From: Azolla caroliniana
Lineage: Eukaryota > Plantae > Polypodiophyta
Length of the DNA: 64,000 bases
Direction: 5' to 3'
Assembly (NCBI GenBank): GCA_043228905.1
Contig: JBHGNT010000004.1
Coordinates: 15,562,001 to 15,626,000 of the forward strand
In this document: positions 37,140 through 48,911 of the stretch, one piece after another
Numbering within the stretch: the stretch's first letter is position 1
How the letters are laid out: the number at the start of each line of letters is the position of its first letter
Position numbers and translations under genes: made by a program
Notes under the pieces: model-generated
The model's input: the letters and a program-made list of their open reading frames with translations, nothing else
Databases searched by the model: none
Told to the model about the DNA's origin: nothing

Positions 37140-39911
37140 ATGGACCCGCAAACGTTGTCGGAAGCCGCCAAGACATGGCTGAAGCAACACGGGCTCGAGG
37201 GCTTCTTGATGATGATGGAAGTACCGCCACACAAAGAAGCCGACAAAGTGATCAAGGAAATCGATACAGAGGTCATAACGGCAGAGGCGATTCGAGCGTT
37301 AACAGGCCTTCCAGAGGGAGGCATACTCACGATCGACAATCCAACCCCGGAGCAACTCATCAGGTATTTTGGTGAGTACTCTCTAGCCAGCAAGGGCTAC
37401 CGGACACAGGGCGGCGGAGATATGTTGTTCCGAAAAATTGCTCGTGTGCTCCATGAATACGGCCACGTATACCCTAGACCCCCTGTCATGCCGCAGAACC
37501 GGGCAGGGATGATCATCGCCACCTATGAAGGGATCAAGGTGGATTGGCCGGTATTGATTGCAAACGGGTTGTGTGCGGCGATCGAGATCATCAGAGGCAA
37601 AGACAACAAAGAAGGCCGGGACGGACGAAGGATATGGCACGCCGTAACGCAGTGGCTCACCTTGCTGGTGCCACCCGTTTAGACCGTCCAACCCAAGAAG
37701 CGAGGAAGAGTGCCGGACGGCACCCCAAGGACGGCTTCCAAACGGCAACAGCTGTTGGCCTCTAAGGCCAGTAAGGGAAAGGCGGTGGATGTAGAACAGG
37801 CGGCAACAGGAAGCGAAAGCCGGAAGCGCCCAATGGAGGCGCAGGAGGAACCACCGGCATGGCCCGTAAAGGTAACACTCCGCCGACCGGTGAATCGAGA
37901 AGTGGACCCCTTGGCGGCAAAACTCAATGCCGGAGCTCAGGAGGAGGAAATAGAGGAGGAGCCTACGGAGCACCTCTAGCGACGGTCGTCGGCAAGGACC
38001 GTTGAGACAGCCGGGAAACGTTCGGACCCTCAGACAGAGGGAACACCGGCTCCCCATACTGAGACTCCCACGCCAAGGAAGGAACCGGAACCGGTGCAGA
38101 TGGCACCGGAAACAGAAGCCCCGTCACCACCGGCAACACCGGCAAGTCCCATCCTGCCAGAGCCGGAAAGGTCACTGCAGCCTCCCTCGGTCAGCCAAGA
38201 AGAAGCGCATGGGGAACCAGGACAACAGGATGGTCCACGGGCAGAAAAGGAACTGCAACTCGGCGCAACCAAGCGGGACCACCCCTCTACAAGCGAGCCC
38301 ATCTATCAAACCTCCGTGCAAGCACAACAAGGCACCGGTAGCCTGTGGCTCCGGTGGATAGGCGAACAGATAGCCGGAGCAGTGGGGTATATAGAGGCGG
38401 AAGAAAGAGCGCAAAGAGAACGGTTGCTCGTCACAACCGAACAACTAGAGACGGCCCGGTCCAGAATCCGATGCCTTGAAAAAGATTTGGATCAGGTCAC
38501 GACAGAGATGGCCAAAATACGGGTCCAATCACCGGTGACTCCGGTAAGTGTACAAAATAATGAAACGGAACGACCTGTACATAACAATAAGACCCCGGCA
38601 ACGGAAACCGTTCCGGCGAGAGATGCGGCGCAAGCTCGGGAGCTTGCGGAATTGAGAGAGGAACTTGCCGCACAAGAAGTGCTAAGGAGCCGTGAACGAG
38701 AATTGAAGACGGCGGCCAAAGCCGAATTAAAGAAGACTGCTGAGAACCTCCGCCGGGCAAAGGAGAGCCTCCGGAAAGGCCATCAAGCGTACGACCGGCT
38801 AAAGGAGGAGAAAGACAAAGTGCTGCAGGAAAAGGACAAGCTACGGAAAACGGCGGAAACATAGATTGAACGGCTAAAGGAACAGCTCCGCCAGCAGAAG
38901 GACCGCGAGGACCGGGCCCGTTGTCAGATCAACGCACGGCTCAAGCAAAAGACGGATGATTTTGAGCACCTGCACCGGGACTACAAACGACTGGAAACAG
39001 AGCATAAAGAACGGATGGCCGAGCTCCAGCAGTCAGTTGATCGGGCCGCGACGGCGATCGCCGACGAACGGGCGGAAAATACAAGACGCTTGGAAGAGGC
39101 GGAGAAGGTCCGGATGGAGCTCCAGAGGCAGCAGCGGGAAGACAAAGAGAGAGCGTCAACAGTATTGCAGAAATTACAAAGTACATATCAAAGGCAATTG
39201 ACGCATTACAAGGCGCAGGCGGAGGACAACGTAAAAATCATCAAACAACTGAAGGAGGAACGGCAAGCGGCGGAAACCAAATCGCAATTGGGAACGAGCT
39301 GGATTCAGTCCATCCTCCGGGCATGGCTGAATTAGACGAAGCACTTGATTGATGAAAGCTCCGTAAAATGGTGGACAAAGTGGGCACAAAACGCGGCGGA
39401 ACTCCAGTTGCTACGGGCGGATGTGGCAAACCGGCGGAAGGAAGGAGATGACTGTTATACGTTGACTTCCGAGGACTTCACCGCCATACGGGACGAGCTG
39501 GCCGACGACTTCCAAGTCCTGGCAGATGAACAGCTGGCGCAGGTCAGGCAGCTCGTAGCTCAGCTGGACGATGATAGGCTGGACACTCAAATCCAGTTTG
39601 AAAGCTACGAGTGGTCCCAAGTACGGGAAGAAAAAGCACGGGAAGCAACAACGGTTAACCTTAGTGATGAGGAACTATCGTTGGCTGAGGGCCAGCCGGA
39701 AACCAGTCAACCGGAGACCACCACGACGCAGGGAGCAACGACGGAGACGCCGGTGTCAGAGCCACAAACGAAGGAGCAACCGCAGCAACCACCAACGGAC
39801 CCGCCGCAGTAGACAGCAACAGAGCAGCAACAACAACAACAACAACCACTTCCAGATGAACCATTGGAGCCTCTCGAACAAAGCATTCTGGACATTTTGG
39901 ACGAAGAATAG
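37140..39911 (+). pseudogene. Extra 3' ORF of the gypsy element (~923 codons, five in-frame TAG stops), coiled-coil rich
   Basis: ORFs at 36918, 37710, 38094, 39015 and 39345 share one frame and are separated only by single TAG codons. Lies between integrase and the 3' LTR. Confidence 0.85.
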
Positions 39912-42900
39912 CAAGGGTCGGTTGTGGATTCGACGTACAAGGTACTGTCCCACGGGCGTGCCATGTGTTACCAGCCGGCAAAGGAGTCCAGAGTGGGAAA
40001 CGGAGAGCTAATTAAGTAGTAGGAATGTGGTTGTAATTAAGCTATGAGTGTGGACGGACGGACCGGAATCGGTATGCCGTTCCGGATCCAGACCAATCCC
40101 GAACAGGTGCGGATGGCACCGTTTTGTAATACAGACCGGAAACCTATTTAAAGGCCCGGATACAATGTAATAGTTAGTGGTTAATTAATGAAAGCTTAAA
40201 CGTTGTTATATCTCTGTGTTAATTGTCGTTCTGTCTTAATTGTTATATCTTACGCGTGTTATGAAGACGATCCTAATAAGTAACTTGATTAAGTCGGATT
40301 AAGCGTTGAAGTCTAATCCGGTTGCCATAACACCCTTTGGTGAAGTGTCTTCCGTAGACACCCTGTGTTAGGCCATTGTCCGGCCCGAAGAGTTAACAGT
40401 TGTCGAGCACCGAAGCTGAGTATCGAGGAGCGGCTGTCGCGACATGCGAAGCCATATGGTTGAAGCGGCTACTTAAGGACCTGCAAGAGGAGGTGTCAGA
40501 TCCGACGATGATCTACTGCAACAACCTCAGCAACATCCAGCTCGCGAAAAACCCCGTTTTCGACGCACAGACCAAGCACATTGAGGTGCACTACCATTTC
40601 GTCTGAGAGCGTGTCCTTTTCGGTGAAGTCGAACTTCAGTACGTTCCGACGGATCGGCAAACTGCTGACATCTTCACCAAGCCTCTTGGTCTAGACAAGT
40701 TGCGGCAATTCTCAGGTGCGCTCGGATTGCGTCACCTCGACGTGCCTAACTTGAGGGGGAGAACAGTCCCAAACAACCAAGCAAGACAGCAGGAAAGGAG
40801 TGGAGACCGCGACACCGAGTCGGTTGACTCAGTTGGGCAGTTCGACCTTGGATCAGCTGAAGAAGCCGAGAGCAGACCCGCGGAAAACTCCAGAAGCGGA
40901 CAGAAGGGGAGCAGCCGAAGGAGAGAGCCGAAGCCAACCACGCATGGCGAAGATGACGCCATCGAGGGCGAGAAGACCGAAGACAAGTTGGAGACAGCCA
41001 ACTCGGATGAGAGTGAAAACCGATCGGAGGTAGCCGAGTCGGTTCGGATGTTTGATTCAGATACGTTGAACCAACCGAGGCCCAAGCAGAAGAAAAGGCA
41101 GCAGGAGAAGCGTCAACACCGCAATAGCAGAAGAGCTGATAAGGGCCACATGAGCAGACAAGCCGACCGGAAGGGTCGAAGCGCGCGGAGTCGAACAGGT
41201 CGAGGAGTGCGAGCGAGGCGTGAAGCCAGGAGGAACCGGAGTTGTGAGCCCAAAGATCCCGAAGAGCCTCAAGTTGAGCTTGAGGGGGAGTGTTGAGAGA
41301 CAAGCTCAACATCGGCCGGATTGGCTGAAGAAGCCGAGGACCGGATCGGTTGGGACCGATCGGTTAGGCCGAGTGCGTAAACCGGTACGCAAACCGGTGT
41401 GTAGGTAGGGCCGGATCGGTGCGGAAACCGGGAGGCCGTTAGGAAAGATATTCCGTGAGGAATACATTTGGGAATTAGTGTAGGAGCTCTTAATGAGCAT
41501 TGAAGTACTGTCAGTACTTCTGTTAGTCCTTCTAGGACTTGTATAAACGTGTTCATTGAACACACATATGTATTGAGTCGTGAATAGAGGTTGAATATAG
41601 TTCTTGTGTTTTCTCTCTCTCACTCCCTCTGTCTCTCCCACGTATACTGTGTAAGCCCAAGCTCTCCATTAAACCTGAGTTTTCTTCCTTCTGTTCGGTC
41701 TTCACGCTTGCTTCCGCACGCTACTTTTTACAATAATGCACTGATTGGTACATCCGAGGATGACGAGGAGGAATCGTTATTGTATATTAGTTATAGTAGT
41801 GATTCTCCGTAAAGGAGTGATCATGAATGTATTTTTGGCTATTAAATGTAACTACATTCCACTTATAACAAATCGAGTAATATAAAAGCATGTGTTTTGA
41901 TTTCTTATGATTTCTAAAAAAGAGTTTCTTATAAAATAACATTGGTTGTAAAGTTTGTGATATAAATTGAGAATGTAACTTCTTAAAATTCCTCTTTTTT
42001 TATTTACTTCTCAATCACAAAGATAGTGGATTTTTAACCTTTTTCATAGTATATTTGAACATGTATGATACTGGTATCAATGTGTTTTGTAAAATCATTG
42101 AAAAAGCCCTAAAATCTACCAAAATATTCCTTATCCTTCCATTTATGTGTGATCCTTCCACTTGTGAACGCGAACGTGTTAAATCGAAAGAAAGTTAAAT
42201 AAAGGAGCCACCATATTCTCATATAAATTCAATATTGATTTAAAAGAATATGTGTGCGGAAGCGTGTGCGATAGACACCAAGTACACAATCGGTCTCGGA
42301 AACTCGACAGTTAGGTAAACACAGAGAACGGATACACAGTGAGAGAGAGACAGAGAGAAGATAACAATACTTCTATTTTAAAATAATGAACACTGTACAT
42401 AGACCGTGCTCAGTGCACACTTTTTATATAAGCCTAGATAAGTGGGCTGACACAAGTACGATCAATACTTGAATGCTCATAAATGAGCCTGACACGAATT
42501 CTGACCACAATATTCCTATTCACTATAATAAGAATATAGGCCCTCAACGGCCTTTCGGCTCTCGTCTCTCGGCTTCTTCAGCCGATTCGGCCCATGTTGA
42601 CCTTGTCTCTCAACACTCCCCCTCAAGCTCAACTTGAGGCTCCATCATGTCAACTTTGGTTGGTTCGTCATTCCAGCCTCTCTCCTAGCGCCCCAATGCC
42701 TCGTTTGCGCTCCTCGTCCAATTCGGCCTTATGTCCCAAGACCCCTTCGGTCCGACGCTCCTCGACTCATCTGGTTCCGCGCACCTCGACCCCTACGGTC
42801 GGTTTTTTTGGTACCCAGATCTGCCCATGTCTTGGTTCTGGCCTTCCCATGGTCGGCTCTATCCTTCTGGACTCTACCGCCTCCCTTGCCCTTCTCGGCT

Positions 42901-45318
42901 TCACCTCCCCTTGGACTCACTCTTCTTTCTGGCTTCACTCTTCCCCCTCAAGTTTGGCATGTCAAGATTGTTGAGCAAGCAAGCTCAACTGGATCTAGAT
43001 CTGCTGAATAAGCCAAAGCCGGATCGGTATCCGCAACGAAGAACCGGATCAGTGTCCGGATGATATCTGGAATCAGGATCCCGATCGGATTGAAACCTGG
43101 AGGCCGTTAGAGGCCTATGGATCCAGTCGCTCGTATGAGCATTGAAGTACCTATCAGTACTTCTGCCAGTTCTGATCTCTCTGTCTCTCCCGTGTATTCA
43201 TTAAACCTTCTTCTCTACGTTCTGTTGGTAACCAACTGAGCCGGTTTGTCATACGCTTCCACATATTAACTTTCACATGTTATCAGAGCACGAGGGTTGA
43301 GACTCCTCTACAGCGGACAGACGCTTTCGAAGACAAACCCTAACACCTGGTGAAGAGCAGAAGAGAACCAAGATGGATAGAGGTATGGCAAGTTCGCTTC
43401 CCATAGAAAAGCTTGACCGGACCCTAACACCTAGTGAAGAGTAGAAGAGAACCAAGATGGATAGAGGTATGGCAAGTTCGCTTCCCACAGAAAAGCTTGA
43501 CCGGAGCAACTATGCATCTTGGTCATATAAAATGCACCAGTACCTATTGGGGCATGGTTACTGGAGCTATGTGGAAGGAAACGAACAGTGTAGCGCCGGA
43601 GCCGGCACACAAGGACTTCCCAGCATGGGAATAAGGAGCGAGCAGAGTGTTGTACTGCCTCACATCCTGTGTGCACGATCAGATGCTCGGCCACATCAAG
43701 GATGCGGAAAACACCGAAGGAGGCCTGGGAAAATCGTCGGATGATTTTCTCCGTAAGTAACACAACTCGTAAGTTGCAGCACCGACAAGAGCTGAACAAC
43801 ATCTGGCAGAGAGATATGTTGGTTACGGAGTACACCATCAAAATAAAGGAGATTTGTGACGCGCTCGGGTTCATCAATGTGACGGCGAACGAAGACGAAA
43901 TGGTACAAATCTACCTTGGTGGTCTAGCACAACAATACGGACTAATCTGGACGACAATCTGCACTCGGGAGAATCCACCGTCCTTCGGCCTGCAATCGAT
44001 GTTGATGGTCGACGAAAACAGCGCGAGTGGGTCGAGGACCACTCAACCGGACAACTGGATGTTGTATACGGAGGCGGACCGGCCCCATGGGTGTGGAGGA
44101 TGAGGTGAGTCGGCACGCAATGGAGGTGGCAGCCAAGAGCAGAATCAAAGGCACTAAGACAGTGCCGATAGTAGTTCCGGACCCTCCATGAGCACGGGGA
44201 GTCAAAACGGTGCCAGAAACCGGCAAGGGAAGGCCGACATAGAATGCTAGTATTGTGGCAAGAAAGGCCACAGAGAAAGTGAGTGTTGGAAGAAGCGCGC
44301 CGATTCGGAAAAATCCGGATCAGGCAAGGCCAGATAGGGAAACCGGCAAAGCTCGCACTACGTAGAAGGATCGGAAGGATCCGGAGCCGGGAAAACTGGA
44401 AAGGGGTCAACCTTTGTGATGAAGCACAAGGGTAACTCGATGAAGAAGAATACTTCCAAAGCGGAGGAAGTATGGTATGTTGATTCCGAAGTGTCAAACC
44501 GCATGATGAGCCATGAAGAGTGGTTCTTATTTTTGGAGAAACTGGAACAACCAGGAATCGTTGAAACCGGAGACGACACCCCTCACCCGATTGTGCATGT
44601 CGGAGAAGTCCCCTTAAGACATGTTGGACAAAAGGGAAAGCTGATGAACATACTATATGTTCTGACAATCACAAAGAACTTGGTGTCGATCGGACAAATC
44701 GTCGACTAGGGAATGCAGGTGCGGTTTACGCACCTCGGGTGCTTCATCGAGGAAGAAGCCCAGATAATTGCACAAGGGCGCAGAGACGAGAGGATGTTCA
44801 TCCTTGACACCAACGATGTTGGCACCGCCTTATTTTCCGAAGGACAGAAGACTGAATCGGACATCGATCTTTGGCACAAGCGGATCAGCCATGTCAACTA
44901 CTGGAGGCTTCAAGACCTAAAATCGAAATAGGTTGTTCTCGAATTGCCGAAATTCAGTGGTCGAAAGGTCCAAATATGTGAAGCCTGCCAACTCGGGAAG
45001 CAACACCGGCTTCTATTCCCCACTGAACAAAACTTGAGCCATAACAAGCTCGACTTAATCCATTTGAATGTATGGGGACCGACATAGAATGTTAGTCTTG
45101 GTGGGAGTTGATATTTCGTTTCCTTTATCGCCGACTACAACCGACACACATGGATCTACCTCATTGAGACAAAAAGTGAAGTTTTCGATTGTTTCCAGAA
45201 TCTACAAAGCCTAGTCGAGATGGAAACAGAAAGAAAGATCAAGTGCCTGCGGCCGGATGGCGGAAAAGAAGATTTTTCCAGCCAATTCAACAGTTATCTG
45301 TAGCAAAAAGGAATTCTA

Positions 45319-46069
45319 TGTTGATCATACGGTCGTGACAAGGAGTGCAGAATGGTAGGTCATCAGTGGGTAGAGCCTAGATGTAAGAGAGGTTTAGGGT
45401 TTAGGGGTTTAGGAGGGGTGTAAGGTTGAGGGATTAGGGATTAGGATTGATGACCTTGCGGTCATAACAAGGAGCGTGGAATGGTGGATCATCTGCGGGT
45501 AGAGGTAGGTGAAGAGGAACACCAAGCTCGATTTGAGCACACCCAAATCGAAGACAAGGTAGAGGAAGGGGAGAGGGAGATGACATGATTAGGAATAGGG
45601 GGTTAGATAAAAGAGAGGGGTAAGGGGAGGGGATTAACATACTACTTAAAAATAAAGTGCAAGAGAGAGAGAGAGAGAGAGGGAGGGAAGGAGGGAGATT
45701 AACACATAATTAAGCCTAGGATTAAAAATAAAAAACGAGATTAAAGATATAATTAAAAATTTAAAACGATGGGTAAGGGGAGGGGAGAGTATTAACATAC
45801 TAAGGCTAAACATAAACACTAATGGAAACGATTAACACATAAACATAATAAGAAAAAAATAACATAATCCAAGAACTAAAACATATTATTAATCATAAAT
45901 CTAGAAAACTTAAAATTAAAAACAAGGTAAGGGGAGGGTTGTGTGTGTGTGTGTGTGAGAGAGAGAGAGTGCGTGTGAGTGAGAGAGAGATTACAACATA
46001 ATTAAGTCTAAGATTAAAATTAAAAACGAGATTAAAAACATAGTTAAAAACGAGATTAAAAACATGGTC

Positions 46070-46144
<75 letters not shown>

Positions 46145-46744
46145 CCCTCCCCTTACCTTGTTTTTAGGTTTATGTTTCTAGATTTATGATTATGTTTTAG
46201 TTCTTGGATTAGGTTATTTTTTTCTTATTATGTTTATGTGTTAATTGTTTCCATTACTGTTTATGTTTAGCCTTAGTATGTTAATTCTCTCCCCTACCCT
46301 TACCCCTCATTTTAAAATTTTAATTATATCTTTAATCTCGTTTTTTATTTTTAATCCTAGGCTTAATTATGTGTTAATCTCCCTCCTTCCCTCCCTCTCT
46401 CTCTCTCTTGCACTTTATTTTTAATTAGTATGTTAATCCCCTCCCCTTACCCCTCTCTTTTATCTAGCCCCCTATTCCTAATCATGTCGTCTCCCTCTCC
46501 CCTTCCTCTACCTTGTCTTCGATTTGGGTGCGCTCAAATCGAGCTTGGTGGTCCTCTTCGCCTACCTCTACCCGCTGATGATCCACCATTCCGCACTCCT
46601 TTTTACAACCACAAGGTCATCAACCCTAATCTCTAAACCCTACACCCCTCCTAAACCCCTAAACCCTAAACCCCTCTTACATCTAGGCTCTACCCACCGA
46701 TGATCAACCATTCCACACTCCTTGTCATGACCATATGGTCAACA
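45319..46744. mobile_element. 1.43-kb foldback element with ~670-bp inverted arms
   Basis: TGTTGATCATACGGTC...GACCATATGGTCAACA, flanked by TA on both sides. Mirror ORFs at 45434-45640 (-) and 46430-46636 (+). Interrupts the copia C integrase. Confidence 0.9.
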
Positions 46745-48911
46745 TAGAGAATTCAACTGCTGATACACACCGGAACAAAACAGTGTGGCCGAGCGAAAGA
46801 ACTGGTCGATTGTCAATGCGGCAAGGGAAATGCTGGAGGAGAAGAGCATGCCCAAATTCTACTAGGTTGAGGCGGTCCGGACGGCCGTCTACATGCAAAA
46901 CCAAATCGGAGACAAGGTGTCAGCACATGAGTTGTATTTCGGGCGGAAGCCAAATTTGAGACATCGTCGGATATTCGGTAGCATAACATATGTACATGTA
47001 CCGGATGAGAAGTGGAGGAAGTTGGACCCGAAGTCGGAAAAGTGCATACTCTTCGGCTACTCGCATGAACAGAAGGGGTATAAGAGTAAGTCGAGATGTC
47101 AAGTTTGATGAGTCAGCATCATGGTATCTCTACCGACTCCAACTCCCGACGCAAACCCGATTCCCAACGGAGAGTTTCAAGTAGAAGATGAATAATTTGG
47201 TACTCTAGATGAGAGTTTGATCTCATTCCGGCTAAGTGGGCCCAATGGCCGGTTGGGTCGGAGTGACCAGTCGGATGAAGAACCGGCGAGTAATGGAGAC
47301 TCTATCGTGCTCTCCCCGCGCAAGGAACCGAGGAGACGGTTCACGCGCAAAGAGAAGGGGAAGAAAAATATGCCGGAATACGATACCGGTAGCGAAGAGT
47401 TAGATAAGAGGGATTCTGAGTCCGAATAGAATGAAGTCGGATCTTCAGAAAGGAAGTCTGAACCGTCCAAAAAGGGCCTCAAACCAGCTGACGAAAAACT
47501 GTGCCGGTCAATTTGCCAAAAGAACCTCGTAAAACTGTACGAATAAAATTAGTACATGGCATCACTATGCATACATGACCAAGGTGGCAGAAGTGCGTGA
47601 GCCGGAGAGCTACGCAGAAGTAGTGAAAGACGCAAATTGGCGTGTTGATATGGAAGAAGAAATACAGGCACTCAATGCCAACGACACTTGGGACTTGGTT
47701 GACCCTCCCCGACAATGTAAACCGATCGGCAGCAAGTGGGTGTACAAGGTAAAGTACAATGTCGGCGGTTCGGTCAACCGGTACAAGGCCCGGTTAGTGG
47801 TGAAGGGATATGCACAGACCTATGGAATCGACTACGATGAGACCTTCGCTCCGATAGCGGAGATGACTACAATCCGTGTGGTATTTACTGTTGTTGCGGC
47901 AAGGAGCTGACATCTTCACCAAATGGACGTGAAGAATGTGTTTCTTCAAGGTGACCTTGAAGAATAGGTCTATATGATCCAACCCCCCGGTTTTCAATCG
48001 GAGTTGAACAGGTCAGTGGTGTGCCAACTCAAAAAGTCACTTTATGGTTTGAAGCAAGCCCCCCGAGCTTGGAATGTGAAAATGATGCACCAGTTCTGTA
48101 AGATGGGGTTTGCGGCCTCAAAATCTGACTCTTTGTTATTCATCCGGAAAGATCCAGACGCCCCGATTTGTATCCTACTGTATGTGGATGATCTAGTGAT
48201 CACTGGACCCGAACTCGACGAAATCAACCACGTAAAGTCTTAGTTGTCAGACGCATTTGAAATGAAGGACCTGGGGGACCTTCATTATTTTCTTGGGATC
48301 GAGGTGATCCGGACCCCTGACGGCATATTGCTCTCACAATGCCATTATGTGTTGAATATGCTATACAAGTTCGGCATGACGGAATGCCAACTGATCTCCA
48401 CACCCTTGGACCGGAACCTAAAGCTACGTCCCAACTCTGGACCGGCCTGCAATGAGAAACAGTTCTGACAAATTGTCAAAAGCCTTATCTACTTGACAAT
48501 CACCCGACCCGACATCAGTTATCTAGTCAGAGTGATAAGCCAGTTTATGCAGAAGCCAACCGTCGAGCACCTTCAGTGCGCGCATCGACTATTGCGATAT
48601 GTGAGCGGCACGAAGGATTAGGGATTGTTATACCGTGTCAGTATAGTCGGGAAGCTAGTCGGATATACCGATCCTGACTGGGCTGGTGATGCATCGAATT
48701 GTCGATCCACCTCCAGTGACATGTTTTCTCTTGGTAGCGCAGCTGTTGCGTGGAGCAACAAAAAGCAGCCAACAATGGCTCTATCAAGCACTGACATTGA
48801 ATATCGGGGCGCTACCGTTGCCACCTATGAAGCCATTTGGCTTCGACGACTATTGCAAGATCTCTAGATCAAGGTGTCGACCCCGATCCTGATTTATTGT
48901 GACAACGTAAG

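Larger units (their letters stand above)
25641..40398 (+). mobile_element. Ty3/gypsy non-chromovirus LTR retrotransposon (LTRs 25641-26073, 39966-40398)
   Basis: 433-bp TG..CA LTRs with ~5 substitutions by eye, TSD GTTGT, PBS-like TGGCGACCAC at 26081. Domain order gag-PR-RT-RH-INT plus an extra 3' ORF. Confidence 0.96.
21187..41732 (+). mobile_element. Ty1/copia LTR retrotransposon A (LTRs 21187-21628, 41291-41732), degenerate gag-pol
   Basis: 442-bp TG..CA LTRs with ~13 substitutions by eye, TSD ATAAT, PBS TGGTATCAGAGC (21629-21640), PPT before 41291. Domains: WYVDSGASNHM (PR), DVWGP (INT), YVDD (RT), KKQPTVAL|SSTEAEY (RH, split by the gypsy). Confidence 0.96.
18469..41812 (+). pseudogene. 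Sola-like transposase, ~930 codons (18469-21186 + 41738-41812), three premature stops, split by a copia insertion
   Basis: ORFs at 18514, 19834 and 20581 share one frame (stops at 18511, 19795, 20536). Motifs CSICANLK..EH, LMIDGMDQ, IQLDNTARENKN, FLLVGHTHDHIDQMF. Frame resumes after the ATAAT TSD as ALIGTSEDDEEESLLYISYSSDSP*. Confidence 0.85.
16337..42180 (+). mobile_element. Full-length Sola-like cut-and-paste DNA transposon (~5.3 kb without the nested insertion)
   Basis: Perfect 29-bp TIRs AACACGTTCGCGTTCACAAGTGGAAGGAT (16337-16365 / 42152-42180), 4-bp TSD AAAT (16333-16336, 42181-42184), and an internal DDD-type transposase. Confidence 0.85.

Noticed and set aside
37140-39911. Retroviral env gene, or programmed TAG readthrough/RNA editing
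   Set aside because: No signal peptide or transmembrane segment seen, and the stop contexts share no readthrough motif. C-to-T decay explains the stops.
45392-45445. Interstitial telomere
   Set aside because: Only a few imperfect TTTAGGG units, mirrored within the foldback arms.
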